A stretch of 63,944 nucleotides of DNA, filler included, from Octopus bimaculoides (Eukaryota), in the NCBI RefSeq assembly GCF_001194135.2. It is 7 parts of 6 records of this genome, joined end to end, with 100 filler letters (N's around TTAATTAATTAA, not from the genome) between each part and the next. Parts side by side here need not be neighbours in the genome. Positions count along the whole stretch, not along the records: positions 1 to 15,550 come from NC_068997.1; 6 more parts are not named here. One strand, 5' to 3'. Under the pieces are notes generated by a model. It worked only from the letters and a program-made list of their open reading frames with translations, did no database searches and was not told where the DNA came from. Shown piece after piece: positions 1-13,601 of this stretch (positions are counted from its first letter, which is position 1; the number at the start of each line of letters is the position of its first letter). The position numbers and the translations under genes were made by a program.

Positions 1-55
<55 letters not shown>
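1..55. repeat. (AT)n microsatellite, representative of many AT/AC/GT tracts, which flank most N gaps
   Basis: Pure AT dinucleotide run. Confidence 0.98.
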
Positions 56-58
<3 letters not shown>

Positions 59-1337
59 GCATATATATGTCTACACGTATATTTCATGAAAACATGCACA
101 TATACCATACACACACATTCATATAAAGGGTATGTATATAAAATTATTCTATATACGCATATGAATGTGTACATGTGTATATGTGTATGTCTGTATATAT
201 GTATATATATGTGTATGTATGTATATAGATAGATATACACATATATTTATATATATATATATCTACATACGTATACACGCACAGACACACGCACACACAA
301 ACACACACACACACACATGTATATATATTTCTAAATGCACAACTTTCACTTGGATCTGAATAAATGCTTGTGTTTTTATAAATGCTTGACTCGCATCTTA
401 ACTTGACGCAAAACTTACATGCTGATAATAACATTTATAGATACGGTATACTCACACATACACGCAGACACACAACAGAAGCACACACGCATACGGTGTT
501 CTGAAGTTGAGTGTGATATCGTGTGTATGAATATATATATATATATATATATATANNNNNNNNNNNNNNNNNNNNNNNNNNNNNNNNNNNNNNNNNNNNN
601 NNNNNNNNNNNNNNNNNNNNNNNNNNNNNNNNNNNNNNNNNNNNNNNNNNNNNNNNNNNNNNNNNNNNNNNNNNNNNNNNNNNNNNNNNNNNNNNNNNNN
701 NNNNNNNNNNNNNNNNNNNNNNNNNNNNNNNNNNNNNNNNNNNNNNNNNNNNNNNNNNNNNNNNNNNNNNNNNNNNNNNNNNNNNNNNNNNNNNNNNNNN
801 NNNNNNNNNNNNNNNNNNNNNNNNNNNNNNNNNNNNNNNNNNNNNNNNNNNNNNNNNNNNNNNNNNNNNNNNNNNNNNNNNNNNNNNNNNNNNNNNNNNN
901 NNNNNNNNNNNNNNNNNNNNNNNNNNNNNNNNNNNNNNNNNNNNNNNNNNNNNNNNNNNNNNNNNNNNNNNNNNNNNNNNNNNNNNNNNNNNNNNNNNNN
1001 NNNNNNNNNNNNNNNNNNNNNNNNNNNNNNNNNNNNNNNNNNNNNNNNNNNNNNNNNNNNNNNNNNNNNNNNNNNNNNNNNNNNNNNNNNNNNNNNNNNN
1101 NNNNNNNNNNNNNNNNNNNNNNNNNNNNNNNNNNNNNNNNNNNNNNNNNNNNNNNNNNNNNNNNNNNNNNNNNNNNNNNNNNNNNNNNNNNNNNNNNNNN
1201 NNNNNNNNNNNNNNNNNNNNNNNNNNNNNNNNNNNNNNNNNNNNNNNNNNNNNNNNNNNNNNNNNNNNNNNNNNNNNNNNNNNNNNNNNNNNNNNNNNNN
1301 NNNNNNNNNNNNNNNNNNNNNNNNNNNNNNNNNNNNN

Positions 1338-1396
<59 letters not shown>

Positions 1397-1449
1397 CATT
1401 ATTTATATCCATAAATACATCTCTGTCTACACACATACATGCATATTAT

Positions 1450-1720
1450 GAAGGCGCATGGCTCAGTGCTCAAGATGTTCGGCTGACGATTGTAAAGTCG
1501 TGAGTTCAATTCCCGATGGTACGTTATGTCCTTCAGCAAGACACTTTATTTCGTGTTGCACCAGCCCACTAACCCAAAATGTGCTGTACCCGTATTTTGA
1601 ATTGTCGGCCATGTCAGAATCTGTATCACGCTGAATCTCCCTTATGACTACCTCATCGAGAAGATTGCCTATGGATTGTCACCCTCCGGGTGTTCTATTG
1701 ATCACCTGTTGTTGTAACCG
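1450..1720 (+). mobile_element. tRNA-derived SINE, family E (degraded)
   Basis: Head GAAGGCGCATGGCTCAGTG...GAGTTCAATTCC (A/B-box-like), then CAAGACACTTTATTTCGTGTTGC, shared with 51453 and 54778. Confidence 0.7.
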
Positions 1721-1855
1721 TTATGGTGCTGCCCATTTATTATTCATATATATACACACAGGCGTATACATATATTTTTAAAGGCACACTCACAAAGACA
1801 GATGCACATACTCACACACACACACAGACCAGACACAGACACATATATATTAATT

Positions 1856-1886
<31 letters not shown>

Positions 1887-2291
1887 TTATCAATGCAAAC
1901 GTTTATAAATAAATGTACATGAGCATATATTATGTCGGAGAATTCAACAAAATCGCATGTGTTAAATATACAATCATTCACGTGTTCTTTCATATAGTTT
2001 GATAGAAGAGATCCAACTCTGGTGACTACATATTATAACGAGGGTAAGCGTATATAAGCCCTCTGAATTCGTTGTATATAAGATTTAACCGTGTAGTTTT
2101 CTTACAGCTTTACGTTGTTTATGAACAAGCATTACATGAACACTATACGTAACAGTCTAATACTGAAATCATTGGACATAAATTCATTGAAGAGACGATA
2201 TGGTTGAACGAACAATTAAATTAACGTTGACACATACATATATCTTTATATCTATCTGTAGTCGCAAGCGCACTCACGCACACACGCACAA

Positions 2292-2335
<44 letters not shown>

Positions 2336-2551
2336 ATATATATCATGAACTAAATAAGACTACATTTTTAGATATAATTCTTAGTAGCTATCTCGGTCTG
2401 TCTATCTGACTTACTATATATATGTGCGTTTGCATGCATGTGTATATACGCATCAAATGTATTATATATGTGTGTGTATATATGCATATATACATATAAA
2501 TATATTGAGAAATATATGTGTAATATATAAGAAATATGAATATTAATAACC

Positions 2552-2589
<38 letters not shown>

Positions 2590-2811
2590 NNNNNNNNNNN
2601 NNNNNNNNNNNNNNNNNNNNNNNNNNNNNNNNNNNNNNNNNNNNNNNNNNNNNNNNNNNNNNNNNNNNNNNNNNNNNNNNNNNNNNNNNNNNNNNNNNNN
2701 NNNNNNNNNNNNNNNNNNNNNNNNNNNNNNNNNNNNNNNNNNNNNNNNNNNNNNNNNNNNNNNNNNNNNNNNNNNNNNNNNNNNNNNNNNNNNNNNNNNN
2801 NNNNNNNNNNN

Positions 2812-2857
<46 letters not shown>

Positions 2858-2959
2858 ATATCGTAGTATGTGTATATATATGTACACATTTATTTGCATA
2901 AAACACATGCACAAAAATAAAATATGTGTATGTGTATGAACGTAAATATATATATATAT

Positions 2960-3026
<67 letters not shown>

Positions 3027-3466
3027 CATATTTATATATATTATATATGTACATATATATATATAAATGCATGTTTGTATAGACACACACACACACACAT
3101 ATACAGGCATAGCTTTATACATGTGTGCAGAAATTTTACACACACGCGCACACACAAAAGACGGACACAAACACACACACACAGCTATATACACTAATGC
3201 GTGCGAGTGAGCATGTGCGAGTGAGCATGTGCGCGTGTCTGCGCGTGCGTGTGAGTATAGTTGTGAATCTTGGTGAAGTGATCATTAGTGTTACACTCGT
3301 AAGCGCGCGCTCACTCACGCGCACACACATACAAACATACAAACATACGCACATTTACACACTGACTTAAAACACCCATACACACACTATTATTAATAAC
3401 AGAGAATAAAACACGTATAGATATCTATATATTAAGTTCCAGTTATATATATATATCTATATATTA

Positions 3467-3682
3467 TTCTTTTCTACTCAAGGCATAAGCCCCGAAATTT
3501 TGGGGGAGGGGCTAGTCGATTAGATCGACTCCAGTACGCAACTGGTACTTAATTTATCGATCCCGAAAGGATGAAAGCTAAATTCGACCCCGGCGGAATT
3601 TGAACTCAGAACGTAAAGACAGACGTAATACCGCTACGCATTTCGCCCGGAGTGCTAGCGTTTCTGCCAGCTTGATAAACGA
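3467..3682 (-). mobile_element. SINE family C, head truncated by gap
   Basis: Block ATCGACTCCAGTACGCAACTGGTACTTAATTTATCGATCCCGAAAGGATGAAAG...GAATTTGAACTCAGAAC recurs near 30908, 31303 (inverted) and 51836. Confidence 0.85.
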
Positions 3683-4586
3683 NNNNNNNNNNNNNNNNNN
3701 NNNNNNNNNNNNNNNNNNNNNNNNNNNNNNNNNNNNNNNNNNNNNNNNNNNNNNNNNNNNNNNNNNNNNNNNNNNNNNNNNNNNNNNNNNNNNNNNNNNN
3801 NNNNNNNNNNNNNNNNNNNNNNNNNNNNNNNNNNNNNNNNNNNNNNNNNNNNNNNNNNNNNNNNNNNNNNNNNNNNNNNNNNNNNNNNNNNNNNNNNNNN
3901 NNNNNNNNNNNNNNNNNNNNNNNNNNNNNNNNNNNNNNNNNNNNNNNNNNNNNNNNNNNNNNNNNNNNNNNNNNNNNNNNNNNNNNNNNNNNNNNNNNNN
4001 NNNNNNNNNNNNNNNNNNNNNNNNNNNNNNNNNNNNNNNNNNNNNNNNNNNNNNNNNNNNNNNNNNNNNNNNNNNNNNNNNNNNNNNNNNNNNNNNNNNN
4101 NNNNNNNNNNNNNNNNNNNNNNNNNNNNNNNNNNNNNNNNNNNNNNNNNNNNNNNNNNNNNNNNNNNNNNNNNNNNNNNNNNNNNNNNNNNNNNNNNNNN
4201 NNNNNNNNNNNNNNNNNNNNNNNNNNNNNNNNNNNNNNNNNNNNNNNNNNNNNNNNNNNNNNNNNNNNNNNNNNNNNNNNNNNNNNNNNNNNNNNNNNNN
4301 NNNNNNNNNNNNNNNNNNNNNNNNNNNNNNNNNNNNNNNNNNNNNNNNNNNNNNNNNNNNNNNNNNNNNNNNNNNNNNNNNNNNNNNNNNNNNNNNNNNN
4401 NNNNNNNNNNNNNNNNNNNNNNNNNNNNNNNNNNNNNNNNNNNNNNNNNNNNNNNNNNNNNNNNNNNNNNNNNNNNNNNNNNNNNNNNNNNNNNNNNNNN
4501 NNNNNNNNNNNNNNNNNNNNNNNNNNNNNNNNNNNNNNNNNNNNNNNNNNNNNNNNNNNNNNNNNNNNNNNNNNNNNNNNNNNNNN

Positions 4587-4618
<32 letters not shown>

Positions 4619-6330
4619 TAAATGATAGGATTGCTTCAATATTTCAGGGGTAGTCTGAAGTATCTGAGCAACCGAAGGCACTCCTGGAAATTACTTGTGT
4701 GGGTACCGTCTTCGTTAGAAGGTATCCAGAGACAGGTAATTTATTGTTTAAACCGCAGTGGTGGATTCATCGAACTTTTATAAAGAGTAAAGTGCCTCGT
4801 TGAGACAAAGAGGAAGGTGTTGGTGTCTCGCATGTTGGTAGTCGGAAGTTATGTCTGTGAATACCTTGCTTTACCCTCGCTTCTTTAAAATCATGTATCC
4901 GCAACCAAGGATATAAACGTGGATATAAAAGTGGTACACACTTTAATCTGCCCAACATGGATGATGTACAATGTTGACTTCGACTGAGTTTGAAACCAGA
5001 ACGTAAAATTCGTAAGAAATGCAAGGTACTTTTCCGGCAATTTCTCGATTCAACCAAGTTACGCCTCCTAGTGCATGACATCTTGTAATTTCCTATTGTA
5101 AAATTCAGAGGAACTCAAGGCGCGATTAATCATTAAGCATCATAAAGATGTACTTTGGGCACGAAGGGAACGTGAGTACCACAGAAATGGTACATGGTTT
5201 ACGACACAAAAGAAATCACTTTGAACTTGCTAAAATAATATTCAAAGTGATTTATATGATCGGAAATAAAATATCGAAGTGCTGATGGTGTCTCAGTGTG
5301 GATATGTTTAAAGATATTTGCAATTAAATAGAGTAGGAAAAAACTTTTCAACCATAAATAAAGTAGAAGAATGGAAAAAAAAAAAACAAATACAAAAAAT
5401 AATTTTCCATGTTACTGTTAGTTTTGTTTCATTTTGAAAAATAAAAATTAATTTTATTGTTTATTATTGTTTATACTTTGAATTACACAAATATGGGGCA
5501 TAGAAATCTTTTACAACGTAGCATGACAATCACAATAAGATTAGGTGGTTGAATGAAATGATCGGACACCAACACGTAAATTACGATTCAGGAAATTCAG
5601 TTGATCGACCAACAGCACCCACTTTGAGGAACGTCAGCGAACAACAATTAAAAGAAGTATATCTATATTAATTCATTCCTTCGTTTGTAGCTAATTAAAG
5701 TTATCTGCAAATTGAATGCTCCTCTCCAGAGATTGAGCCTGCATAAGGTACATTGTTATTCTTTAGTCTTTTTCTTCTTTCAGTCACTAGAATGTAGTTA
5801 TTTTGGAACACCAACTTGTGTTTTAGTCAAGCAAATCACACCCATCCCGCCCAATACGTATGATTTTGTAGTTTTATACGTCTGGTACTTTTTCAGAATT
5901 GCTAAGTTACGGAGAATACAAGCAAACCAATACCGGTTCTTATACGTTAAAATGAGGATTAATAAACATCAACACAAAGACAGACACTCTTAGACACAAA
6001 CATGTATCTTTATATGTGTGTGTATGCATGTATATATATANNNNNNNNNNNNNNNNNNNNNNNNNNNNNNNNNNNNNNNNNNNNNNNNNNNNNNNNNNNN
6101 NNNNNNNNNNNNNNNNNNNNNNNNNNNNNNNNNNNNNNNNNNNNNNNNNNNNNNNNNNNNNNNNNNNNNNNNNNNNNNNNNNNNNNNNNNNNNNNNNNNN
6201 NNNNNNNNNNNNNNNNNNNNNNNNNNNNNNNNNNNNNNNNNNNNNNNNNNNNNNNNNNNNNNNNNNNNNNNNNNNNNNNNNNNNNNNNNNNNNNNNNNNN
6301 NNNNNNNNNNNNNNNNNNNNNNNNNNNNNA

Positions 6331-6546
6331 TATATGCTTGTGTGTCTGTGTTTGTCCCCCAACATCGCTTGACAACCGATGGTGGTATGTTTAGGTCCCC
6401 GTAACTTAGCGGTTCGGCAAAAGACTCCGATAGAATAAGTACTAGGCTTACAAAGAATAAGTCTTGGAGTCGATTTGCTCGACTAAAGGCGGTGCTCCAG
6501 CATGGCCGCAGTCAAATGACTGAAACAGCTAAAAGAGTAAAAGAGC
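6331..6546 (+). mobile_element. SINE family A, 3' half
   Basis: CATCGCTTGACAACCGAT...GCGGTTCGGCAAAAGA...GGCGGTGCTCCAGCATGGCCGCAGTCAAATGACTGAAAC tail; about 14 copies in the window. Confidence 0.9.
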
Positions 6547-7815
6547 ATATATATATTTGCACACACACTGTAATGTTGAACGACGAGAATGTGTGCTCTA
6601 CACCGCATTAATGGAGAGGATTTCTTTACTTGTGCATTAAGGCTACCGATTGTTTCATTTAAGTAAAATATCGTAATTCCTTAACACTTTTTCGAGATAT
6701 TTTAACATATTTTCTAGAAGAAATGTTAAGATATTGTAATTTTTTTCTTAACATGAAACCGACGGTAACCTTGGCTACCAAATACACTCACAAAACACTG
6801 ATCGACTCGGAGCTCCAGCAGAAGATACTAGCTAAGATGACGCACACTGGGTCTGTAGTCGAAACCATGTGGTTACAAAACCACTTTCTTAACTAGACAG
6901 CCATTACTGCGATTATAATATTCTGTTTCTTTCTTGTATATTTATGTGTAGAGGTCTTGTGATTGACCATGTACTTGCAAGACACCTCACTTTTCTTCGC
7001 CGATGACATCCAAGGTAAAGAGGCAAGGTCGATATAGCTTTGTAAACGTAACCTTGTAGAAGTTAGACTCAGATGAACAAAGACTCTAAGTAGATACAAC
7101 AGGAATGGCATTGCCCTCTGAGGCTCCAACAACTCCTCTGATCCTTTAGTCTGGATCGATACCTTATTTGTCGAATTCGAAAGTGTGAAATACAAACGGA
7201 TCCTGGAAGAATTTGAACTCAGAAGATTATGCTTAAATAATAGGAAGCATTCTGTTCGACGCTTTTATGATTCTACCAATCCACTGTCTTATATCAATGT
7301 TGTTTTGAGCATACGCAATTTTATAAATATAGATATGTATATCTATGTGTGTATGAAAGTCTATCCACATGAATATACATGTATGTGTGTGTGTGTATGT
7401 CTTTGTGTGTATGTATCAATATGTGTGTGCCTATCTATCTGTCTGCGCGTCTGTATGTGTGTTTGTGTGTTTGAGTGCATGTGATAACGCTTGTGCGGTG
7501 CGTGGCCGTGTGCGCAGATGAATGTTATACAAGGAACTTATACATCTGTTATGTGAATGCATATTCAGATTGTTATGTAGATAAATTTTCAAACATTCTG
7601 CATATCTAATATTGAATCTTCTGCACTCGTTATCAATAATCTAAGCTGAAAATAATAATAATGCAGCATACGTATATTTTTATACACAAACACACATATA
7701 AACTGTGAAACTAAATGTATATATATCTTCGAATGTGAATATATATCTATGCTTATATGTATATATGTAAGTATGAATGCATGAACGTCTTTGGATGTAT
7801 GTACGTATATATGCA

Positions 7816-7886
<71 letters not shown>

Positions 7887-8099
7887 GTATACATATATAC
7901 ACAAGCACGCGCACACAGAGACACATACACACATACACAAGTAGACACATACATCTATATATAATTATATAGACACAGGCATATATATGCACATGCATAC
8001 ATACACTGTCACACGTACAAGTGTAAACACGATATCTTAAACGCACTGACATTGGAATATGTTGCTTGAGTACTGCATACACTTGTGTGCATGTGTGTT

Positions 8100-8140
<41 letters not shown>

Positions 8141-8429
8141 ACGTTTGTATGTGTGTTTGTGGGTCTGTATAGCCTTCATTGATCTGTCAGATGTAAGCCA
8201 CATCGCCGAAATTCTGAAGTTACCAATAACTTTTTGTACGATATAAAGAAAATGTTATTCAGAGCGAATGAAATTATACGCTGTTTCATTTAATTCGTTT
8301 TTTATTTACTTTCTAAGTTCAATTCTCAGCCAGGTGAAGTTTGTCTTTCATCTATTTCGAGTTAATAAAATAAAGTACCACTGATCATCTTTCCTTAAAA
8401 TTGCTGGATTAAAATTGCTGGCAGTATCA

Positions 8430-8745
8430 TACGAATTTCCAGTTTCCGATGGCTGGTCGGGTGACCACATTGGATCATTGCATCTCACAAGATCTTGCAA
8501 TTTTCGTTTCCGGTGACTCCTTCTGGTGTTTGCTCATACCACGTATTTGCTCTTTGTGGGCCGTGATTTCCACAGAGTTCTCAATGGATCATTCTTTCCA
8601 CACTGACATGGCGTCTTTTATGTTCGCGTTGTGCCAATTTCGGGCATTCGCTAACGATGTGCCATACTGTTTCACCCCTCTCGCCACACATTCTGTCTTT
8701 GTCGCTGTCAGTAGTGTTGTCTCTTCTGCACTTTACATAATGAGG
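8430..8745 (-). mobile_element. R4/Dong-clade non-LTR retrotransposon remnant (zinc knuckle and start of RLE region)
   Basis: Minus frame reads DKDRMCGERGETVWHIVSECPKLAQREHKRRH...MIH*ELCGNHG...TWYEQTPEGVTGNENCKIL*DAMIQC, with in-frame stops at conserved Trp positions. Confidence 0.8.
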
Positions 8746-9007
8746 GGAACAGTAAAAATATGTAAGACTTTTCTCAAGTTTCAAATGTGAATTTGTGTTA
8801 ACTACATCCCAAAGATGAAGCCTTGTATCTTTGTTGGAAACTGGCTCCCTCCTCAGTGGAAGATTTATAATAATTAAAAATAAAAGATACATACATACAA
8901 ACATGCATAATGAATCGAAACAAAGAAGAACAGACAAGAAAAACAATAACGCGAGGACGTAGTACAAGTAGTGTATTATCAGACGCTCGGGAAAGAAAGG
9001 AGAGAGG

Positions 9008-9042
9008 ATTTAAAATTCCGAGCCAAGCTCTTCTTCAGAAAT
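9008..9042 (-). ncRNA. degenerate minimal hammerhead-like motif
   Basis: Minus strand: ATTT-CTGAAGA-A-GAGC-ttg-GCTC-GGAAT-TTT-AAAT. Stems I and II pair, but the GAAAC/GTH core is mutated. Confidence 0.4.
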
Positions 9043-9562
9043 AGAGGAAGCCCAAAATAAGGGAAGACATAGGAAGAAAATCGCCAACGATACACACGCG
9101 GTTACATTCTTATGTACGATGGGGTGCTAAAATGTTTCTGGATTTAAGTGTGTCGCGAAAGGCTAAAGGTTCAAACTTCCGAGTTCTTTTACAAGGCTGA
9201 GAAAAACCGAGGGATCGCTGCAATAAGCGTGTGAATCTTAGAAGGGTATATGTTGAACGAAGCCATAATGAACTGCTCATCCTTTATACTCTTTTAGTCA
9301 AAGCCAGGATATTTTCAGCACCCTTCGTATGTAACTACATAAATGCATGTGAGGGCCCCCACATATGTGTATATAAGGAAGGAGAGAATGGGAGAGAGAA
9401 AGTGAGAGGGAAAGAAAGTGAGAGAGAGGGAGAGAGAGAAAGTGAGAAAGACAGATAGAAAGAGATCGATGCTGTATAATTTATGTACTTCATCGTAGAT
9501 ACTAATAAAGTAATCAACACTTTGGGACAAATGTCTAGGGACTGTATTACGATGCAGCTTAG

Positions 9563-9572
9563 TCTCTCTTTC

Positions 9573-9652
<80 letters not shown>
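9563..9652. repeat. (CT)n microsatellite
   Basis: About 90 bp CT run. Confidence 0.97.
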
Positions 9653-9656
<4 letters not shown>

Positions 9657-10895
9657 AGACACACGCATACACATGCTAGTGTATCACTGAAGCAGCCAGA
9701 AAATCAGATATTGCTATATACGCCTGTTCACACTGCGCTTCCTCGAATTATTGCATTTTTTTTAAATGATGACATCAGGCTGGATAGTCCATTGCCTGTT
9801 AAGTAATATATTGCTAAGCAAACTGAAGCAACAAGACAACATGAACTGAAATGTTTTGTCCAAGAACACAATGCTCCACCTGATTCAGAAATCTTATGAT
9901 CGTCAGGGCAACAACTTAACCACTTGGCCAGGCACCTTCACGCACAAATATATATTAATACACATAATCCGATAAAACGGAGGGAGACGCAAGTTGGCTT
10001 TGGGAGTTTAAACTCAGGAAGAAAACCACCGGAAGAAATATGATAAGGTATTTCTTGCGCCTCTGATCTAATTCTACCAGCTTGCTACCCTTCAGGGTTT
10101 TCAATTCTGCAACTTTAATGAAAGATCATCAGTGGTACTTTATTTTATTGACTCCGAATAGATAAAAGGTAAAACTGATCTGAGATGGAATTGAAATTAG
10201 AACGTAAAAGATCACAATAAAAGATGCAGCGAATATTTTCCGACACTCTGAATAATATATTTTCGTTATATTGTACAAAAAAGAAAATATGTTATAAGTA
10301 ACTTCGAAGTTCCGTTTTTCATTTTTTAGATAAAATGTGTACATACAAGCACACACACACACACACATACACACACATATGCATTAATGACTCCATCTCT
10401 GTTTCTCTATACACATGGTTTCGCCACCTGTCACGGAAATAAAATCTAACATGAAATCCATAAAATATAATCAACTGTATTTAAGCACAAACGCCTTGAA
10501 ATTAGTAGCTATATACATGCGTGCATTATAGATGCATAAGGTATGTGCGTGTGGTGGCCAGGATTTATACTTGCATACACATACATAGGATTTATACACT
10601 TAAAACATATACAATGTATAGATAATATTAAGACGTCTATTTCTATGAATTTCACACACATACACACACGCACGTAATATATTAACATATATCTAAGCGT
10701 GCATGTATATCGATATAATAAGTAGGCACAAAGCCAAGGAGATGGGCAGAATCGGTTGAATGTAACTTAGAACATACTTGGTGCTGACCAATCTTATCAG
10801 TCTTAATAGATCATCAAGATAAATTTAACCTTAGTATTTCAGTTCAAAAAGCAACAGGGAAGGCCTCGCGCTCCACGCAATGTATATGTATGCCC

Positions 10896-10930
<35 letters not shown>

Positions 10931-10988
10931 CATAGATAACAACATATACATGTGTAAATGTGTATATAAATATGTGTGTATACATATG

Positions 10989-11033
<45 letters not shown>

Positions 11034-11214
11034 CATGCATAAACAGTAACTATGTATATTTATACATACACACACATGCATACATACATACATGCATGCA
11101 AATGTGTTACACATGTACATATGTATGCACATGTGTAACATGCTGATGGATGTATATTTATGTCTTAGTATTCAACTCAGCCACATTATAAAAAATACCA
11201 CTAGGATTATCGCC

Positions 11215-11620
11215 AAAGGACTATGTAATTGTGTACCCGCGGTTCGCTAATGTCTGAATAACAGATGTCGAGAAAAAAAATTTTTGCATAAAAGACCAAA
11301 ATGATGGATTTGAATGGAGTAAAAGGGTCATATATCGAGATGCTGGGTATTTCTTTCAAAGAAAGATATACACAGCATCTGGAGTCATTCAGGAACAAAA
11401 ATATGTTTCTCATCCACGCGATGGACATATCCAAGCCGTCGAAGGGGTCACTGATGCAAAAAATGTGGACGCGGTGTCAATATTTACCAATGTAATTATA
11501 TAGATAATGCAGATCAAGTCTTGTCAATTGATCTCAAGTTCTCCACTTAGGTGACTCGCATGAAACCCGAGAAATTTGTGTTTTTGTTAAGGGCATACCT
11601 TACAGAATTGTTTTGAGAGC
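11215..11620 (+). mobile_element. Penelope-like element GIY-YIG endonuclease remnant
   Basis: GLCNCVPAVR*CLNNRCREKK, then frameshifted KGSYIEMLGISFKERYTQHLESFRNKN, resembling PLE CNC..CPL..C and YIG.T..FK.RY..H..SF motifs. Confidence 0.6.
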
Positions 11621-12040
11621 ACAAACGTTGTACACATCAATTTTAGTATATATTCTGAGCATTTTATACTTTAAGGCATCTATGCTAAGTGTTTAATGCA
11701 TTGTAACCGATGCTCTCCTTGACTACTGCATCTAGGGATATGATTACTAGCAGTAGTGCAATCGAAATATAGAAACTGACTTACAAGTCACTCCCCGTTC
11801 CCAGCAACGATGGGGATTTATAGATACTGATTATGAAATCAAATGGAGCGTAAGCACCTGTGAATGTGTTCATAATAAGTCGTAAGTTACTGCAGAAATT
11901 GATGGAATATAGTGGTTTGTTTTTGTCAATGTTGTAGTTGTCTTTATTGTCGTCATTGTTATTACTTTTGGTGGTATTGTTTATGTTATCTGGTATATAT
12001 ATATAATTGTTAATTTATCAGAAGATACGTCATGCTTTGT

Positions 12041-12435
12041 GGAGGCGCAATCGCCCAGTGGTTAGGGCAGCGGACTCGCGGTCGTAGGATCGCGGTTTCG
12101 ATTCCCAGACCGGCGTTGTGAGTGTTTATTGAGCGAAAACACCTAAAGCTCCACGAGGCTCCGGCATGGGGTGGTGGTGAACCCTGCTGTACTCTTTCAC
12201 CACAGCTTTCTCTCACTCTTACTTCCTGTTTCTGTTGTACCTGTATTTTAAAAGGGGCCAGCCTTGTCACACTCTGTGTCACGCTGTATCTCCCCTGAGA
12301 ACTGCGTTAAGGTTACACGTGCATGCGGAGTGCTCAGCCACTTGCACGTTAATTTCACGAGCAAGCTGTTCCGTTGATCAGATCAACTGGAACCCTCGTC
12401 GTCGTAACCGACAGAGTGCCAACAACAACAACAAC
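12041..12435 (+). mobile_element. tRNA-derived SINE family B, full length, (AAC)n tail
   Basis: GGAGGCGCAATCGCCCAGTGGTTAGGGCAGCGGACTCGCGG...GGTTTCGATTCCC head with A/B boxes; near-identical copies at 49740, 53140 and 56216. Confidence 0.9.
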
Positions 12436-13601
12436 GTCATGCTTTATGAACCTGGCGTAGCTGGCGAAAAACTTTTCATAAGCCGGTTTGAATGGTAAGC
12501 ATTTCACCTTTGTTGATTCTTTTTAGTACAGTTGTTGCTAATGTTGTTGTTGTTATTGTTGCTTCTGTTATTGTCATTAATAGCTGATGCATTTTTGACT
12601 GCTCACTTGTCGAGATGTACCCTATTCCCTATGCACTCAGTGAGATTACTCGATGTAAGGCAGGTGGTAACTGTTCAATTAAGTTATATATGTTCCCTCT
12701 CACCGTCGGGGACAACATCTGGCGCCTACCTGTATGTCACCATAACTGAAGGTTTATAATATTTAACTAAGAATTGTGTGCTGTGTTTATTTATGGCTGA
12801 AGGATACTCTGTTCGGGTTTGTGTCAAATTATGCAAAAGCTGGGTTTTCTAAGTGTCATAATCGGTCTTGGTGGTAATATGTAACGGAAAGTTATAACCA
12901 ATACAGTTTGCACCAGATTAATTGCAGTAGCTGCCAGTGTAAGGAAGGTGGATAGGATAAGATAGTTGATTATCACTGAAAGTATGAAGCGGATTTTCTT
13001 ACAAAATTTAATCCTTTAGCGTTATCCAAAACCAAAAGCAACGACAAAACGAGAGCAATATTTAGCTCACAGCTAGAGTCTCTTGATCGGCACTATGGAA
13101 TTTTGAATCACCGAGGAACCTAAATGTAACATTTCTGGGAGCAAATACTTCAAAGCTTCTGATATGCTTAACTTGGTACCACAACCCATGTAGGCACCAA
13201 GTATCATCACGACTAGATATACCCTAGGGCTTATTCGTAGACAGGCTAAGTACGGGTAGATTAACCCAGAGCTAGAGTCTTTAATGAGTATTACAGTGTT
13301 TTGAGATGCCGAGGAACCTAAATGTCATATTTGTAGGGGATAACACATCCAAGTCCCACCAACATTAAGCCATTGTGCCTTTAGTAGAAAGGTTTATTAT
13401 TATTATTGTTATGTTGGGTTGGCAGAATCTTTATTACACTGGACAAAATACTTGCAGTATTGCAATTAGGGGCTCAAACACCATAGAGATCGAGAAAAGG
13501 GGCTTGATGTTATCGTCTAGTCCATTTCCCCCAAATTTCAGGCCTGAAGTCTATCGTAGAATGAATTATCGTTCTTGTTCGTTATAATCATAATTAACTT
13601 C

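Noticed and set aside
4648-4736. AG...GT-bounded open segment (GSLKYLSNRRHSWKLLVW...)
   Set aside because: No recognisable homology and no partner exons.
12041-12112. tRNA-like sequences at SINE heads (also 29467, 49740, 50287, 52023, 56216)
   Set aside because: They have A/B boxes but continue into shared SINE bodies in many copies; not tRNA genes.
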